From positions 29,161-93,160 of the forward strand of contig ADNK01001325.1 in NCBI GenBank assembly GCA_000320545.1: a DNA stretch of 64,000 nucleotides, given 5' to 3'. The stretch's first letter is position 1, and each line of letters begins with the position of its first letter. Source of the DNA: Bigelowiella natans CCMP2755. Taxonomy: Eukaryota > Protista > Cercozoa. Shown here piece after piece: positions 1 to 13,829 of the stretch. The position numbers were made by a program, and so were the translations under genes. A model generated the notes under the pieces. It saw only the letters and a program-made list of their open reading frames with translations, searched no databases and was not told where the DNA came from.

Positions 1-330
1 GAAGAGTCGTCTATCCAAGTACTCAACCTTATTGCATCGACATCGGATGGCAAACAAAATTACCTTCAGGTTATTTATATTGATATGATCATCAGAAATT
101 TAGGAATGTTAATAATGATTGAATGGAAATGCAAAGTCAAGAACGGTTATAATGATGTGATGATTATGACGATGACAGAGTATCTCATTTTTGGAGTATG
201 ATAGTTAATGATCACGACCATCATGATAATGAGAATAATGATACCCGATGATGATGGTGCACAGATCCTGATATGAATAAAGTGCATGATGATACATACT
301 ATATATGTCGATTGTACTTGACAAATATTG

Positions 331-361
<31 letters not shown>

Positions 362-1269
362 GAAGGGTTCTGTTTCCGCATAAGGGTCCGTCTCAGTCCT
401 GGACACCTTTTAATAACAACAGGTAATGTCAATAATCCGTTGTGTGGATATGTGTGTGGGGGGGGGGGGGGGTACGCGCGCGTATGATCATCCTTTTAAC
501 AAGCTGTGTAGATTCTGTTGGGTAGATATTCTGGATTTTTTTGAGAACTCAGCAGCACTATATTGGCATTATTATTTTGCTTCTGATTTTTCTTTTCTTC
601 GTCTTCTTATTCTTCTTCTTCGTTTTCTTCTTCTTCTCATCATTATTATTATCATCATCATCATCATCGTCGTCATCTAAAAGGACACGGAAGACAAGGC
701 TAAACCTCCTTCATCTTCGAAGGAGATTTGGGAAGAAGAAGAGAAATGCCATGTATAGGCGGCTCGATCATGATGTGAAAGTAATAAGTAGAAGCATTTG
801 TAGAGTAGAAATTGTAATAGGAGTGGGGGGGGGAAGTAAGAGCAGTAGTTTTTGTCGTGGCCATCGTCATCAGCATCAAAATCACCATCACCATCATCAC
901 CATCATCACCATCATCACCATCATCATCATCATCATCATCATCATCTATGATGATGAGCGTAATGCTACCGTTTAATATATAGCCCCTTCTTCTATCTAC
1001 CCTTCGTTTCTTCTTTCTACTTGTACAACTTCTTCCTCCTCTTTTTCTTCTTCTTCTTCTTCTTCTTCTTCTTCTTCTTCTTCTTTTCCCACTCTGCTAT
1101 ACCATCGACACCATCACGACTCCTGGTAGTATCACCGTCCTCCATCCTGCTTATCTAATTTGATTACAAACACACGCACAATAATGCAGCGGTACAACAG
1201 GGACAATAATAAGGATATTGAAGTGGTGGAAAAGCTATGGGCAAATCAGTTTAAACAGGTGGTGGTGAA

Positions 1270-1305
<36 letters not shown>

Positions 1306-1747
1306 AGGACAAAACCAACGTAGTGGTAGGACAGTCAAGGGCTACGCAATCAATCAATCAATCAATCAATCAATCGATGATAATGATGTTGTGTACTGTT
1401 CTCTTGTGTTGTTGACGATGATGATGTATGTATGTATGTATGTCACAGGCAGCCACAAGATGTGCTCAGTGTCAGACATGTAGAGATGCAAGAAAGAGGT
1501 TCTAATACTATTCTGCTGCTATGATAACGACGACGATACTGATGGTTTTCTTGTAATGAAAATGATAATGATGATGATCATGATGATCATGATGGATGAT
1601 CGCCTTCCATTATCACAGAATGCTTAAGCAGTGTTCAGGGAAGCCATATATGTTTCGTCGGATTGTTAACCATAACTTGGTAATTGGAAATATCATGCAG
1701 GTGGGAGATACTTCTCTGTCTATCTGTCTGTATATAGGGGGAGATCA

Positions 1748-1787
<40 letters not shown>

Positions 1788-2207
1788 CGTGTGGGATGGT
1801 AGAAGGGTTGATTTCTGATTTTCCCTTTTTATTCACCATTTGAAGATCTGGGACTTTATAGAGTTTTCTCTGGCTAGAGCCAGCAACATACGGAAAATTC
1901 AAGTATTAAGATGTAGAGAAGATGCAAAGGTAGTACACAATGCAGAGGATACCTATTGATTCAACTTATTATAGAAATTCAATTAGCTGTTTGATGTAAG
2001 GTATATGTGGGTCTTGATCTTCCACAAGACGCCGTGTCGGTTTTGACAGAGAAGCTTCGAAATCATAATCTTGCAATAAGTGAACGCATTCTAAATCCCT
2101 GCATTCTTCCAGTGCATAATATTGATTCGTCTTCGGGGAATGTCTTAGAAAATAAATGCAGCAAACTTGAAAAATGTGAATCAACATTTCCGTCGGCAAC
2201 TTCGTAA
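1..2207 (+). CDS. 3' part of a multi-exon hypothetical protein gene (5' end outside the window)
   Basis: GT-AG-bounded in-frame exons separated by microsatellite-rich introns: DTEDKAKPPSSSKEIWEEEEKCH, RYNRDNNKDIEVVEKLWANQFKQ, AATRCAQCQTCRDARKR, MLKQCSGKPYMFRRIVNHN, IWDFIEFSLARAS, last exon VYVGLDLPQD...FPSATS* ending at 2207. No family recognised. Confidence 0.6.
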
Positions 2208-2229
2208 TTGACTACAGCAGAATAGCTTC

Positions 2230-3800
2230 AACTAGTCAATTAAATGCAACCGTCAGAAATGAATTATCTCCACCAACAAACCGTTATTGTATTCAGCAAA
2301 TGAACAGTACACAGCAGTTGCTATCGTGCATCTCTGGCTAAATTGAAAGCACTGGGTGCTAGAATTTCTAGATGCGCTCTGCTGATGATGGTTGCTTGTG
2401 CATTGCAAGAGTCTGTGGCCTAGCTCCTTCTAGAGCAGCTACAGCCTGAATGAGCCCACGGCGAACATGCACAATGCAAGCATAGCTCGCAGTACCGCGT
2501 AGCAGTACGCACATACGCGCAAACAGATGCAACATAAGCGCTAGGGCCGGCAATGAATAGTTGAAACCAAACATACTTGCAAACATCTAGACATGTTCAC
2601 TTGTTCATTCAAACGCAAATGGTGATTTTCGCTCAACGCTCACATTCATTCGAACAGAACAGTGCCTTTTAAAACTTGCATGTGCGAAAACAAATGGAAC
2701 GCAAACAGTGTGTTTGCCAAACCATTTGCATTCTATTGATTTTCATATGAGTGTTTCACAGCTGCAGGCTGAGCATGCTACATGGTGAATGTTAGCCAGA
2801 AACTACACAGCTGCTACGCTGGCGCCGCAGCTAGGTGGGGACATGTGTCCCTAAACGTGCATGTCGTGCTAGCATGCCACAGTATATCCGCACAAACATT
2901 CACAAAGCACGCATCTAGCTAGCTAGGCATGTTTGTTACACGTTCAACGTACCTGCTAGCCTGATGCATGATTTCGATTTAAAAAAACATGTGTAAATAA
3001 TGCACAATCGAAATAACCATTCTAGCATTCTAATGAACAGAACAATGGCAAAAACTGTTCTTCTTGTAGCTAAATTAACAACTCTACTAGTCTAGAACTG
3101 TTCATTCGAAAGAACAGTTCTGCGTGGCAACTGTTGTCTTCGGTGTTTGCATTCAGCATTCGTTGCCAGCTAGCCCAAACTAGAAAACTAGCCAAGCTAG
3201 TCCTAGCAATGACTAGATGAGCGCTGTAGCCGCTCCGTCTAGCTATCTAGCTATCGCTGCTTTGCACCACTGCACATTAGGATGACCATTGAAAAGATTT
3301 CATCACTTCAGTACCTCACATCCGCGCGTTTCGGATGCGCGCTATGTCGATCTAGGTGGCTATAGCTGTGCGATACGTGGGTACGCTAGTACGTCGAGAC
3401 TTGACTCTAGCTAGTTAGGACTGATCATTGCGAGCATTTGTGCACGGCACAAGACACTCCACTGTCTAGCTAGCTAGCTAGTCCACCGCTGCTTTGCATA
3501 GCTACATACATCAGGATGACCGCTGAAAGTATAAAAAGTTTCAACTCATTCATTACATCTGTCTCACAAGATGCGCTACGCGGTAACAAATCCAGAAATG
3601 TTGTAAGATGATTTGCGATGATTCGATGACACAATTCAATTTCCTCAGATGCAAATTCTAAAATTGTCTTGATAGCCATAGTCATAACTAGATAAAATTG
3701 TCAAAACTATGTCCCTAGTGATTTTGGTGCGACAATTGGTTCGATACTAGCTACATCATTACGAATTACTTGCTACATGTTATCATTTACATACACACAG
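2230..3800. repeat. Intergenic island of decayed repeats, partly TpA-depleted and rich in CTAG/GCTAGC
   Basis: Lies between convergent genes. Holds two copies of a dispersed AGGATGACC...GAAAAG...CATCCGTCT motif (about 3279 and 3513) and many CTAG runs. Confidence 0.55.
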
Positions 3801-3922
3801 CGCAGCACTGGCAAAATTGAAACGTCTATTTATTTTTCTAATATCATCAACTTTACATATTTTTATAAATAACCGAGAAGGTTCTAAGGATCTCTGGGTT
3901 TTTGTGTGAATATACCTTGATA

Positions 3923-4694
3923 TCATTTTGTGGATTTTAAGCTACTTGATTTGCTGCTTGCGGATTTCATGCTACTTGATTTGCCGGTTGCAGATTTTAA
4001 GCTACTTGATTTTCTGGTTGCTTTCAAGCTACTTGATTTGCTGGATGTTTTTTTGGGTGGAGGTTCTACATATTCAAGGATGGGTTCTCCAACCTTCTTA
4101 ATATTGGCAACTTTGCACGGCAATCTAAACCTCGACGCGAGCACTATCTTGAATATCTTCGCGATGTTGATTGATTTTGAAGCAGAGCAAAATACTAACG
4201 AAGCTTTCATTGCTTTTGCGAATTTACGTGCCTAAACCAGAATAGAAAATGAATTCAAACAAGCGATAAAAGATCTAAAATACCTGTTTTGTCATTTCTT
4301 GCTTATGAGAAAGCTGCATCGTCGCAAAGTAATCGTACTTTGTACCAATAAGGAATGCTGTCGCTGTCTGTAAAAACCACAAATGATGCGTTTTATCTCA
4401 TAGGTACCAAGTGGGAGGACCTGATTAAGTTTCCGGGCTTCCATATACCATTGTCGAACACTCGCTAATGTTGCAGGTCGTGAGAGATCGAACATGAACA
4501 GCAGAGCTACTGCTTCGTTGCAAACAAGAGGCATCATCTCCATATATTCTCTTTGGCCTGGGTAGATTGTATTTCAATCAATAAAACCTCTGAATCATTA
4601 TCGAAGAAATATTACATATTTAGCACTGTCAAGTAAGTTTGAGCAAGCGAACCAACGAGTTTGATTAATATGTTTGTTATTATTACAACATACT

Positions 4695-4731
<37 letters not shown>

Positions 4732-5108
4732 TGTGTGTGTGTGATCATGAACGACGCTTATAACAAACAAAACTCCTGAATCCCATACCGGGAATATTAA
4801 ATGGAAAATTGACAATGTTATCCATCAAACGAACCTCCCAGATCCCAAATTGAGAATGTGATCTCTGCGGTTTTGAGTTCTATCGTCTTCTCCATAAAGT
4901 TAACACCTGCAAAGGATAGTAAGTTCATCACTACCAATACGGGGTTGTTGAAGTGATGAATAATACCAAGAGTTTGGATGTAATCCTCATTGAATTTTCC
5001 TTCGACATACTTCACCATGAGGCTGGTTTTTCCTATTTGTGGATCGCCAACCATGGCTACCTTAATCATGTGAGATTTTTTTTTCTTCCTGTTGATCGCT
5101 TGGGACAT
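3923..5108 (-). CDS. SPG1: Spg1/Tem1-family small GTPase, 5 exons, with a Ser/Lys-rich C-terminal repeat tail
   Basis: KVAMVGDPQIGKTSLMVKYVEGKFNEDYIQTLGVNFMEKTI, FSIWDLGGQREY, MMPLVCNEAVALLFMFDLSR, LIGTKYD, ARKFAKAMKASLVFCSAS and GEPILEY are typical Tem1/Spg1 motifs. Confidence 0.93.
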
Positions 5109-6633
5109 TGTGCTTTGTCACCTTTCAAAATCGATATTTCTTATCAAATCAGCCATGCATGTGCCGGTCTATTTTAGTTTAAGTTGCGGGAAGCAAGAAG
5201 GGATCTACATGTTGGTTCCTAACTTACGATCGTGTCTCTCGTCTAGTTTATCTTATCAGTTCGATAAACTCAAATTGGAAAATCAAGTGAGGAACGGGGA
5301 AAGAACGACAGGAGCAGGGGATGGAAGTAGAAAAGAAGAGGGAAGGGGGACCAACCAGGTTTGTGTTTTGGATCCTGCTTAAGATACAAAGTTCATGGTT
5401 TTATTCGGTAGTACATTCTATGATTCATTCGAATTCATCTTAGAGACATCATAAGAATACGTATTCCTTCAATAAATTCGAGTTACTTTTACATATATTT
5501 CTTCGGCTTCACTGTATCGCATCCAAAAATCTATCATGATTTTTGTGGATTTGAGTATCGGGCATTGACGGGGATTCCCATATGCACGTGCCTGAGATAG
5601 TCCAGCTACTGGAAGAACAACAACAACTACTACAACAGGGTCAAACATCGTACGGTCGATGATGAAAACGACCGATTGTTATCATTATTGTTGCCAAGAA
5701 AGAAAGAAGAAAGAGAAGAGAAATCATGCAACCCCTTCCCTACTACTTACTATTGTAATCATTAACTGATCACTACTTATCATTATCTTCATCCTCCTCC
5801 TCCTACTCCATCGTCCATCGATCATTAATTGTACACGTTGAGTTGGTTGGAGTCGCAGCAGGTAAGTGCTCCCATAATGATCGATTTCCCTCTCTTACTG
5901 TTACGTTGTTGTTGTTGTAACCCACAGATCAGATGGGTAGCATCGAACGGAGAAGAAGATATGGGAGTGAAAACAGGATGCGGTTGCGCTTTCTTGTTAT
6001 AACTTCACTCGCAGTTGTTGAAACTGTACGAATTTGGCTGCCAACGAGGTTTGATATGATTCCTAGTATTCGTTGACAGAGCACTTTCTCCTGACTTCTC
6101 CTTACGCAGGGCTACCGTTAAACATGAAAGGATAGGAGTAACTCCAGGGGGGAATTACAATGGAGGTCTAGTTTTATTCCAATGAAGTCCCAGAATTTAA
6201 AATGATTTTTTTTAGGAGCCGGAGAGAGGGGAAACCTACTTCCACACGAAGGGAAAAGAATACTCAAGGTTTTGTTATGAATGTGGGCCAGATAGAATCA
6301 AATTTAAATTTTTATGTTAAACATAACAACCTTGAACCCACCTATTACTATGTCTCAATCTCGGATGTGATTCTTTTATTACCAGAAAGCAACATCGCTT
6401 GGTCAAACTGTTGGAGCTGCCTATTACTTCGGATACTGGTTTGCAATTATCCAAGTGTTGTCCTCATTAGGAATTTATATCCCCTTATGATGTGACTGAT
6501 TCTCCTGCCCTCTTACGAAAGAGATCAAGAGAATATTAATAACTACAAGTAAGACAAAGTAGATCGGTGACACCATGATCCATTCATTCATTGATCCATC
6601 CATCCATCCATCCATCCATCCATTCACATATAG

Positions 6634-6781
6634 GGACCGTTCCCTCGGGGTTGTTGATATCGGAGGTAGGTACGGAGAGGTTTGGGATTTTCCACAAGAA
6701 CAAAACACAACACGATACAGCAGACAAAGAGGAATATACCAACATCCATTGATACGTTTCTGGAAGTGGAGGCTCCCTTTC

Positions 6782-6832
<51 letters not shown>

Positions 6833-7523
6833 CAATACTGAAATTTTCATCACTTGCTTGGTTTCTTGCACTGGTGTGTGTCATCATTAAAGAGCAGCAG
6901 GGAAAGTTACTGGAAGGCATGGGCCATAGAATAGGCAATCGTCGGGTCATATGTAGTAGTAGTTCGTCGTACATATCTATTATCTATGCCAGCGGTTCCG
7001 TGTCACAGTACTTAATAAAAGCATTCATAAAAAAAATAAAAAATGGGAGATTGTTGATTATGGTGACTATAACAACGACGAAATTCACAGATCATAAATA
7101 ATAGCAGTGCTGCTGGCGGTGTCAAATTTTCTCCGTTAAACATTTACAGGTGTTGTTTCCCGAAGAGGCCTTTTTTCTAATTGAAAGAGGTAACATTTAT
7201 ATTTGTGTTTGTTAGCAGCATGATGAGGAACGTATGTACAGTCAGAATTTAGGGAAGAAGAAGAAGAAGAAAAGAAAGCATACATTCATATGAAGGAGGG
7301 ATAATAAAGAAAAGATGAACAAATTGTTTTGTTTAACTTCCTGCTGCTTTAAAAGCCATCATCACTGCGTACTCAATTCATTTTGTTGGTGAATTTATTC
7401 CCCGTCGTCGATTTCTCTAACCAACATAACAAACACTACTACTACTAGGTCTGATGGGTTGTGTCGCTGAGGATGGGGCCCTTATGTCAATTGATGACGT
7501 ATAAATACTGAGATATAATATAA

Positions 7524-7557
<34 letters not shown>

Positions 7558-8006
7558 CATATATTTTCTTTTTTTTATTTTTGTGCTATCTTGTTCCTTT
7601 CGAATTCCTTTCTGCACTATCACTATTATTAGCAAATCTACTGCTGCTGCTGTTGGTGCTGCTATTGCCTATATCTCTCTCTTCACTATTGCTACCATCC
7701 AATGGCAGAATATCTGGCTACATGACCTGTTGTTGCAAATGATCTCACTACTTTAATAATACTAAACTACAAGAAATCAACCACCGTATCGCTGTTAGTT
7801 ACTACTACTACTTCTTCTTCTTCTACTACTACTACTACTATGAAAATGCAGATGTGTTATTGCTAAGCTTGACTCCACCTCCTTTCGAGGAATAATCTAG
7901 ATATATGTATATTTTGACCTCCCTCCTCCTCCTGACTGCTACTACTTAATTCATATCTGCATCGTACCTGCTTCAGGCTCGTGACTTCTTCTCCGAATTT
8001 GTTGAG
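6634..8006 (+). CDS. TSEN54: tRNA-splicing endonuclease subunit Sen54-like N-terminal region (5 exons resolved; gene probably extends on both sides, perhaps to about 10.9 kb)
   Basis: Phase-compatible splicing gives DRSLGVVDIGEQQGKLLEGMGHRIGNRRVLFPEEAFFLIERGLMGCVAEDGALMSIDDARDFFSEFVE, matching the Sen54 G..MG...L.PEEA.(Y/F)L.ERG motif. Confidence 0.7.
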
Positions 8007-8055
8007 GTGATACTTTAGAATAATGGCAAAAGAGTACAAGCGCTCCTCAGTAACT

Positions 8056-8088
<33 letters not shown>

Positions 8089-11002
8089 CTGATGGGCGAA
8101 TTGGTGAAATAGAAACTATAATGCTACTGTGATATGGGCGAATTGGTGAAGAAATAGAAACTATGATGCTACTACTTTTAAATAATCCCTTCTTCCTAAC
8201 CTTCTTCTATGAGTACAACAATCCAAAAATATACAACAATAAAAGGTCGACGTGATGATAGTGTATCGAAAGGCGAAGTTGCAGGTAATAATCAAGAGGA
8301 AGAACGCTTTGTTAGAAATATTACAAGATTTTTGTAGTTTGTAACTCTACTACTACTACTACTACTACTACTACGCGTTATTTTCTTGATAAGGGGAGTC
8401 TATGATGACAGTAATAGTGTTAGTAGTAGTAGTTAATTGTTTAATAATTGTTCTTCACGGCTGCTTACATTGTTTAATCATTGTTCTTCACAGGGCTTAC
8501 ATGTGAGAAGGCCTAAAGGCAGGGAAATGGCACACCCCATTGTAGCAAATTCCTCGGTCGGTCGGTCGGTTATTCAGTCGTGATCATTATAAGGAATATT
8601 GTTATTATAATTATATTTATTGATTGTTCATTGTAGTTAGATGTGTCCCTCTTCGTCTGTTTGCCATAGGCAAAAGGCGAAGAGGAATAACCCTCTTGTT
8701 GTTGATGATGATAACTTTGGTAATATTGTGGCGCTGTTGTTGTATATGTTGTTCTTGTATCATGATCATCATCATTAACTATCATAGTTTCCTATCCACA
8801 TATCGTTTGAGTTCTGGGATGAGCTTCCTCCCTCCACACGCGAAAGTAGTAGTAGTTGTAGTAAGAATAAGGCAGCACCAGCAGCACCAGCAGTAGCACC
8901 AGGCAATACAAGAGGCACAGCAGCAGCAGCACCACCACCACCACAAAATGATCCTCATTATCCTCCTCCTCCTCCTCCTCCTCCTCCTCGATGTGCTGCG
9001 CTTGGTCTGCCTTACCCCTATCAACCGGGTGAGAGGAAACCAAAAGCTGTTGTTGCAATACACCGCAGTCACGGTACACTACTACTGCTACAACTACAAC
9101 TGCTGATCCTTTTATTATAATAACAATGTGCTTAACAATAATAGCTACTGCTTTGAACAACGATAGAGTAGGATAATGCCAACTACTACGATAAAGTAGA
9201 GAAATAGTAACCGATCATGCATCATCCTGGTGTTTTCAGAGAACGTATTCAATCCACTTCTGCTAATATTGCATTGTCAAAAAAAGTCACCCGCATATAG
9301 GTGCTACTGCTGCTGCTTTTGTTGTCGTCGTCACTGTCTCTCTGTCTGTTAATCTGTCTGTTGTCACTTCTTTCACGTATATTAATCATCGCATTCTCTA
9401 TCATTATTGCTTTCATCATTGTTCATAGATAACGTTACCCATGCACCCATGGCTTACACGAGGGACTTATGTCCGATAAATCTTGTGCACGCCGTAACGT
9501 ACGATTACTCTTCAACTCTAGTAGTAGTAGTAGTTGTAGTAGTAGGTAGTAGTAGTAGTAGTAGTAGTAGTAGTATTTAGTAGCAATGTAGAATTACAAC
9601 TTTTTCAAGTATAGTAGTAGCTACAGTAGCAGCATCACCAACATCAGTACATACGACGACGATGTTGTGCTGCTACTGCTTCTGCTGTTCACACAAGGAG
9701 GACCAAATGCTTTAAAGAAACAAGCAAAATACTGTTGTGAAAACTGCCGCCTTACAATTCAAACAATGCGTCCTTCAAATTCTCCTGATGCTGCCTCTGC
9801 TACTACTACTTCCACCGCTACTGCTACTGCTGCTAATGTTTATTTTAAGTGTTAAGAAGTAATAGTAGTAGTAGTAGTAGTAGTAGTAGTCTTGAGTGAC
9901 GATGAGTATTACTAAAACATCAACTAGCTGGCAATTCATTATGATCGTTGTCTCTGAAAGATATAGAAAGACGGCAATTTTATCAACGTTTTTGCGGTCT
10001 CCATCGTCTTTATCTTTCTACAAGAGCACTGGAAGAGATCATGAAGATTGAATAGATATATTTGTCAGTGAATGCTAATTTTAGTGCTAATGGTTTTGCA
10101 GAACGAACGAAGACGCCCATTTCTTGGAGTTTCACAACTCTAATATAATGAAATATCTGGTGGGCCTCCTTACACGTATAAAAATTCATCTTATTATTGC
10201 GTAAACTAGGTTCTCATCATGTGAATATGCTTAATCTCAACACTTACTTATTTGATGATGATGATGATGATGATGATCATCTGCCTTGTTTTTCTTTTAT
10301 TCGTGCTGGGGACAGGGGCAGCAAGCGTCGTCGTCGTCGCAATACAAGTCTCAGCAGCAGCAGCAGCAACAACAGGCTCTCGATAGTCTTGTTCGAGATC
10401 GTGTTTCAGAGGACAAACAGCTGATAGAATAGTAAACTTGATTATCTTCAGTTTCATAAGAAGAAGAAAAAAAAAAGGAAGAAGAAGAAGAAATTTTATT
10501 TTCCATCATACGTCTGAAGGATTGCTTCAACGGCTCAATTTATGTGCTGACTCTCTCTGTGTGTATATATATGTGTGTGTGTGTGTGTGTTTCAGCGAGG
10601 AGGACGATAACTATGACATCTTCAAACCTCGGTAAATATTACCTCGGTTACACAACTATAGACGAATGTTTATACAAAAATTTTACATGGTGTCTCCGAT
10701 TTTGTGAAGATTAGAGAACCGATTGTTGATGAGCTTTGATACTGTTACTTTCTCTGTGATCGATCGACAGCACCAAATGGCCACCAGATCCTGAGGAGTG
10801 CCACCCCGATTTTCCGAACATTCCGTATAAGAAACCTGGTGAGCCGTATTACAAATACGGTTCGGAAAAGGAAACGAAAGCTTTTTTAAGTGCTTTACGA
10901 GACGGTCTTACATGGGATTCTTACGGAAAAAAAAGGCATGATGATGTCGCAAGATGAAATACATATGAGGACCGTCTATATCGTATTCGATATCATTGCT
11001 GC

Positions 11003-11045
<43 letters not shown>

Positions 11046-11059
11046 CAAATAGATATAAC

Positions 11060-11940
11060 ATAAGCTTTGTAGCCGCAGCATTGCACAGCCTCATTAGGAT
11101 GGATGACATCACTGAAAAGATTTAATCAACTCATTACATCCGTCTTACATGAGTACACAAGCATGTGTGCTAGCGTGTGTGCACATGCATGTGCTGTGGA
11201 TGTAACGAATGAACAAAATGCGTTTTGTCAACAGTCATCCTTATGGGTACATGTTCATGTGCATGAGACGCATGGATGAGGGCACAAGAGTGTTGGCTGC
11301 GCGCAACCAATGGAACTCGAACACTGGGGCGGAGCAGTCGAATCCAGCAGCAAATTGCTGGATTGCAGCAGACTAGCAGAGCTCTAGAGCTGGTCAACAC
11401 ATGCAAATGTCAAGTGTCGATACGCTGTTGCATTGCTAGATTGGAGGCACATCAGAGGCATGTTCGAGGGGCCATTCTCCTGGAGCAATCTAGCAATTTT
11501 CAGCTTCAAGCACCGCGCGGTCAAGCTGGCATGCTGGTATGCGCTCTAGCTCTACCGCTAAATGCATATCACGGGCACCAAAATCACTGCTCGAGCACAT
11601 CATGATCAAATGAAAAATTTTAGATTTCGATCATGATGGGAAAAGTTATGAAATTAAATTGCATCTGTCTAGCTGTGGGCTCAATTCCCGCCAGCTCTAG
11701 AGCTGTGCGCGTAGGATAAACTATCAGGCTAGCAAGCTTGCATACGCATGCATTCCACACTCAATCGCGTCGCCCTAGCTAGCTAGTGCTACGCTGATGA
11801 GAAATATTGGCGTGGGGCACACGCCACGGGTCAGATGTACCGCGCATGTTAGATTTAAACACACGCCATGCAGTGTGTCATCATTGTGCATGATGTCTGT
11901 GCTGCTACACGCTACGACAAACGAGCGTCGGCAGAGGCGT
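11060..11940. repeat. Intergenic repeat island with the least-mutated copy of the dispersed motif (11096-11160)
   Basis: GGATGACATCACTGAAAAGATTTAATCAACTCATTACATCCGTCTTACA, homologous to copies at 3279, 3513, 52210, 52613 and 53421 (minus). Confidence 0.55.
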
Positions 11941-12561
11941 CGCTAAGCGAATAGATTATCCGATATGGTCGAACAACGTCGACGATCCATCATTTTGTGC
12001 GAAGTATGTCTTTCAGTTAGGCGTGACGTGTTCCTTCTTTTGGACACTCGACTTGAACCATACACAACCCGTCGCTGCGTTTGTTGAAATTGCCTGACCA
12101 AATTGTGGAATCATCACTCAAGTTAGTCTTCAGATTTCATAGCCATCCTTATTGTCATGACCTATATGTGTATCCATCCGGCCTTAAGCATTCATTTTCC
12201 ATCTTACGCATTAATGAGACCACAAGGTCCATTCTAGAAATGAACCAGATAATTATTACTCCAGTAAAATTACGATAACACTCTCTTAAAATCTTACCTT
12301 CTTGCTTTTCCACAAGCACTGTATAGCAACAATAGACATATGTAGACATGTAGATTTATTTAGATAAGGATAATTTGACAGAAGACGATGATGAAGAAGA
12401 AGAAAAAGTTTCATAAGTAGGAAAAACAAAATTGATTCATATACCGTAGCTTGATGTATCATCGGCTTAACATTGACGACAATCAAAATTATGACTCTCG
12501 TCTAAAACCATTTGAGTTGTAAACGATTTAGCGGGTAACATGTATTTAGTGCTAGTAGTGC

Positions 12562-12593
<32 letters not shown>

Positions 12594-13787
12594 CCTAATG
12601 GCAGAATTAAAAATTCGCACCGTTGGATTGACGTCGTTTGCGGTTCCCTCATGAGAGTCATACATAGCGTGCAAAATATCCTGAAGAACAAATGATAGGT
12701 TTCATCGCTTCTTTTTCACAGTTAAAGTAGTAAATACTGCACACACACGATATGAAAATGTATTGGAGGAAGAAACTACCATAGCAAATCTCCATTGAGC
12801 AGCTTCTTCACTTATAGACATAAGACGAGTGTAGGTTGTTAAGTCGCGGGGGACCTAAATTCAGGAAAAATCAGCCAGATTATAACAGTAAGTAGCGGTG
12901 CCAACGTGAATGTTGTTGTTGTTGATGTTGATGATGATGATGATGATGATGGTAATGATGGCGGTGGTGGTGGGTGTTTGTCGATATAGACAACACCAAG
13001 GTGATGTTCTCTATCATTGGATTAAAGAATACTGAGATCATAACCATCCCAACATAAAGATGAGCACCTTATCTTTCCTCATACGTGCAAACGCCCTCAG
13101 AGATTTCATCCAATACTTCTTCTGTCGAAATGCAGTGAGCTGTCAAGTAAAAACAATTGTTAAAATAGCACAGGTCGTCATAATCTTCAATCAATGGAAG
13201 GGCTACACGAGTCGTCAAGGGGGATAACAAGTAAATAATACAGCACGATGGTTTACTACTTACCAGGGTGTTGTAAGCCAGAGTGTTTGGTTTCAAAACT
13301 GTATTGTTGGTCGCCATCCCCTCTTTTTTCATTTTGTTGAAGATTTGTATTGCTTGTAAGGATTGGTTAGCCCTTGTCATTGCACACATCACCGTGGTGT
13401 ATGAAACAACATCTGGTTGGACTGATTGGTTCATTTAATGATTGATTGATTAATATATTGAGTGAATAAATAAAGACTGCGCTGCTGCTTGCAAACATTG
13501 CTCGTTACAATATCATCGCATCTTCAAATCATCCATGAAAGATAAACGACTAGAGAAAAAATTACACGCATTACAATGTTTATCTCGCTGGAACTCGTGT
13601 AGTAGGTTTAATGCTTGCTCCCAGGTGTGAGCATGGGCATGGGCGCTCAGCATGACATTATACACAACAGTTGTGCGATGTATTCCAGAAGAAGAAGAAG
13701 ACTCCATGCTCTCAAAAATCTGACGTGTTGATGTTGAATTAAATGAAGCAATAAATACTCGCATTTAAGAAGCAGAGCTGACTCATA

Positions 13788-13829
<42 letters not shown>

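Noticed and set aside
305-1483. ORFs with poly-Y, H, M, S, V or N runs here and across the window
   Set aside because: They are translations of intronic or intergenic trinucleotide microsatellites.
8093-8178. Short direct repeats of about 42 bp (and about 36 bp at 30326-30398) as CRISPR-like arrays
   Set aside because: Only two adjacent copies, no spacers, eukaryotic intron-like context; simple tandem duplications.
7417-10200. Possible minus-strand multi-exon gene
   Set aside because: Candidate exons gave no coherent protein, and the plus strand carries phase-consistent Sen54-like exons over part of the region.
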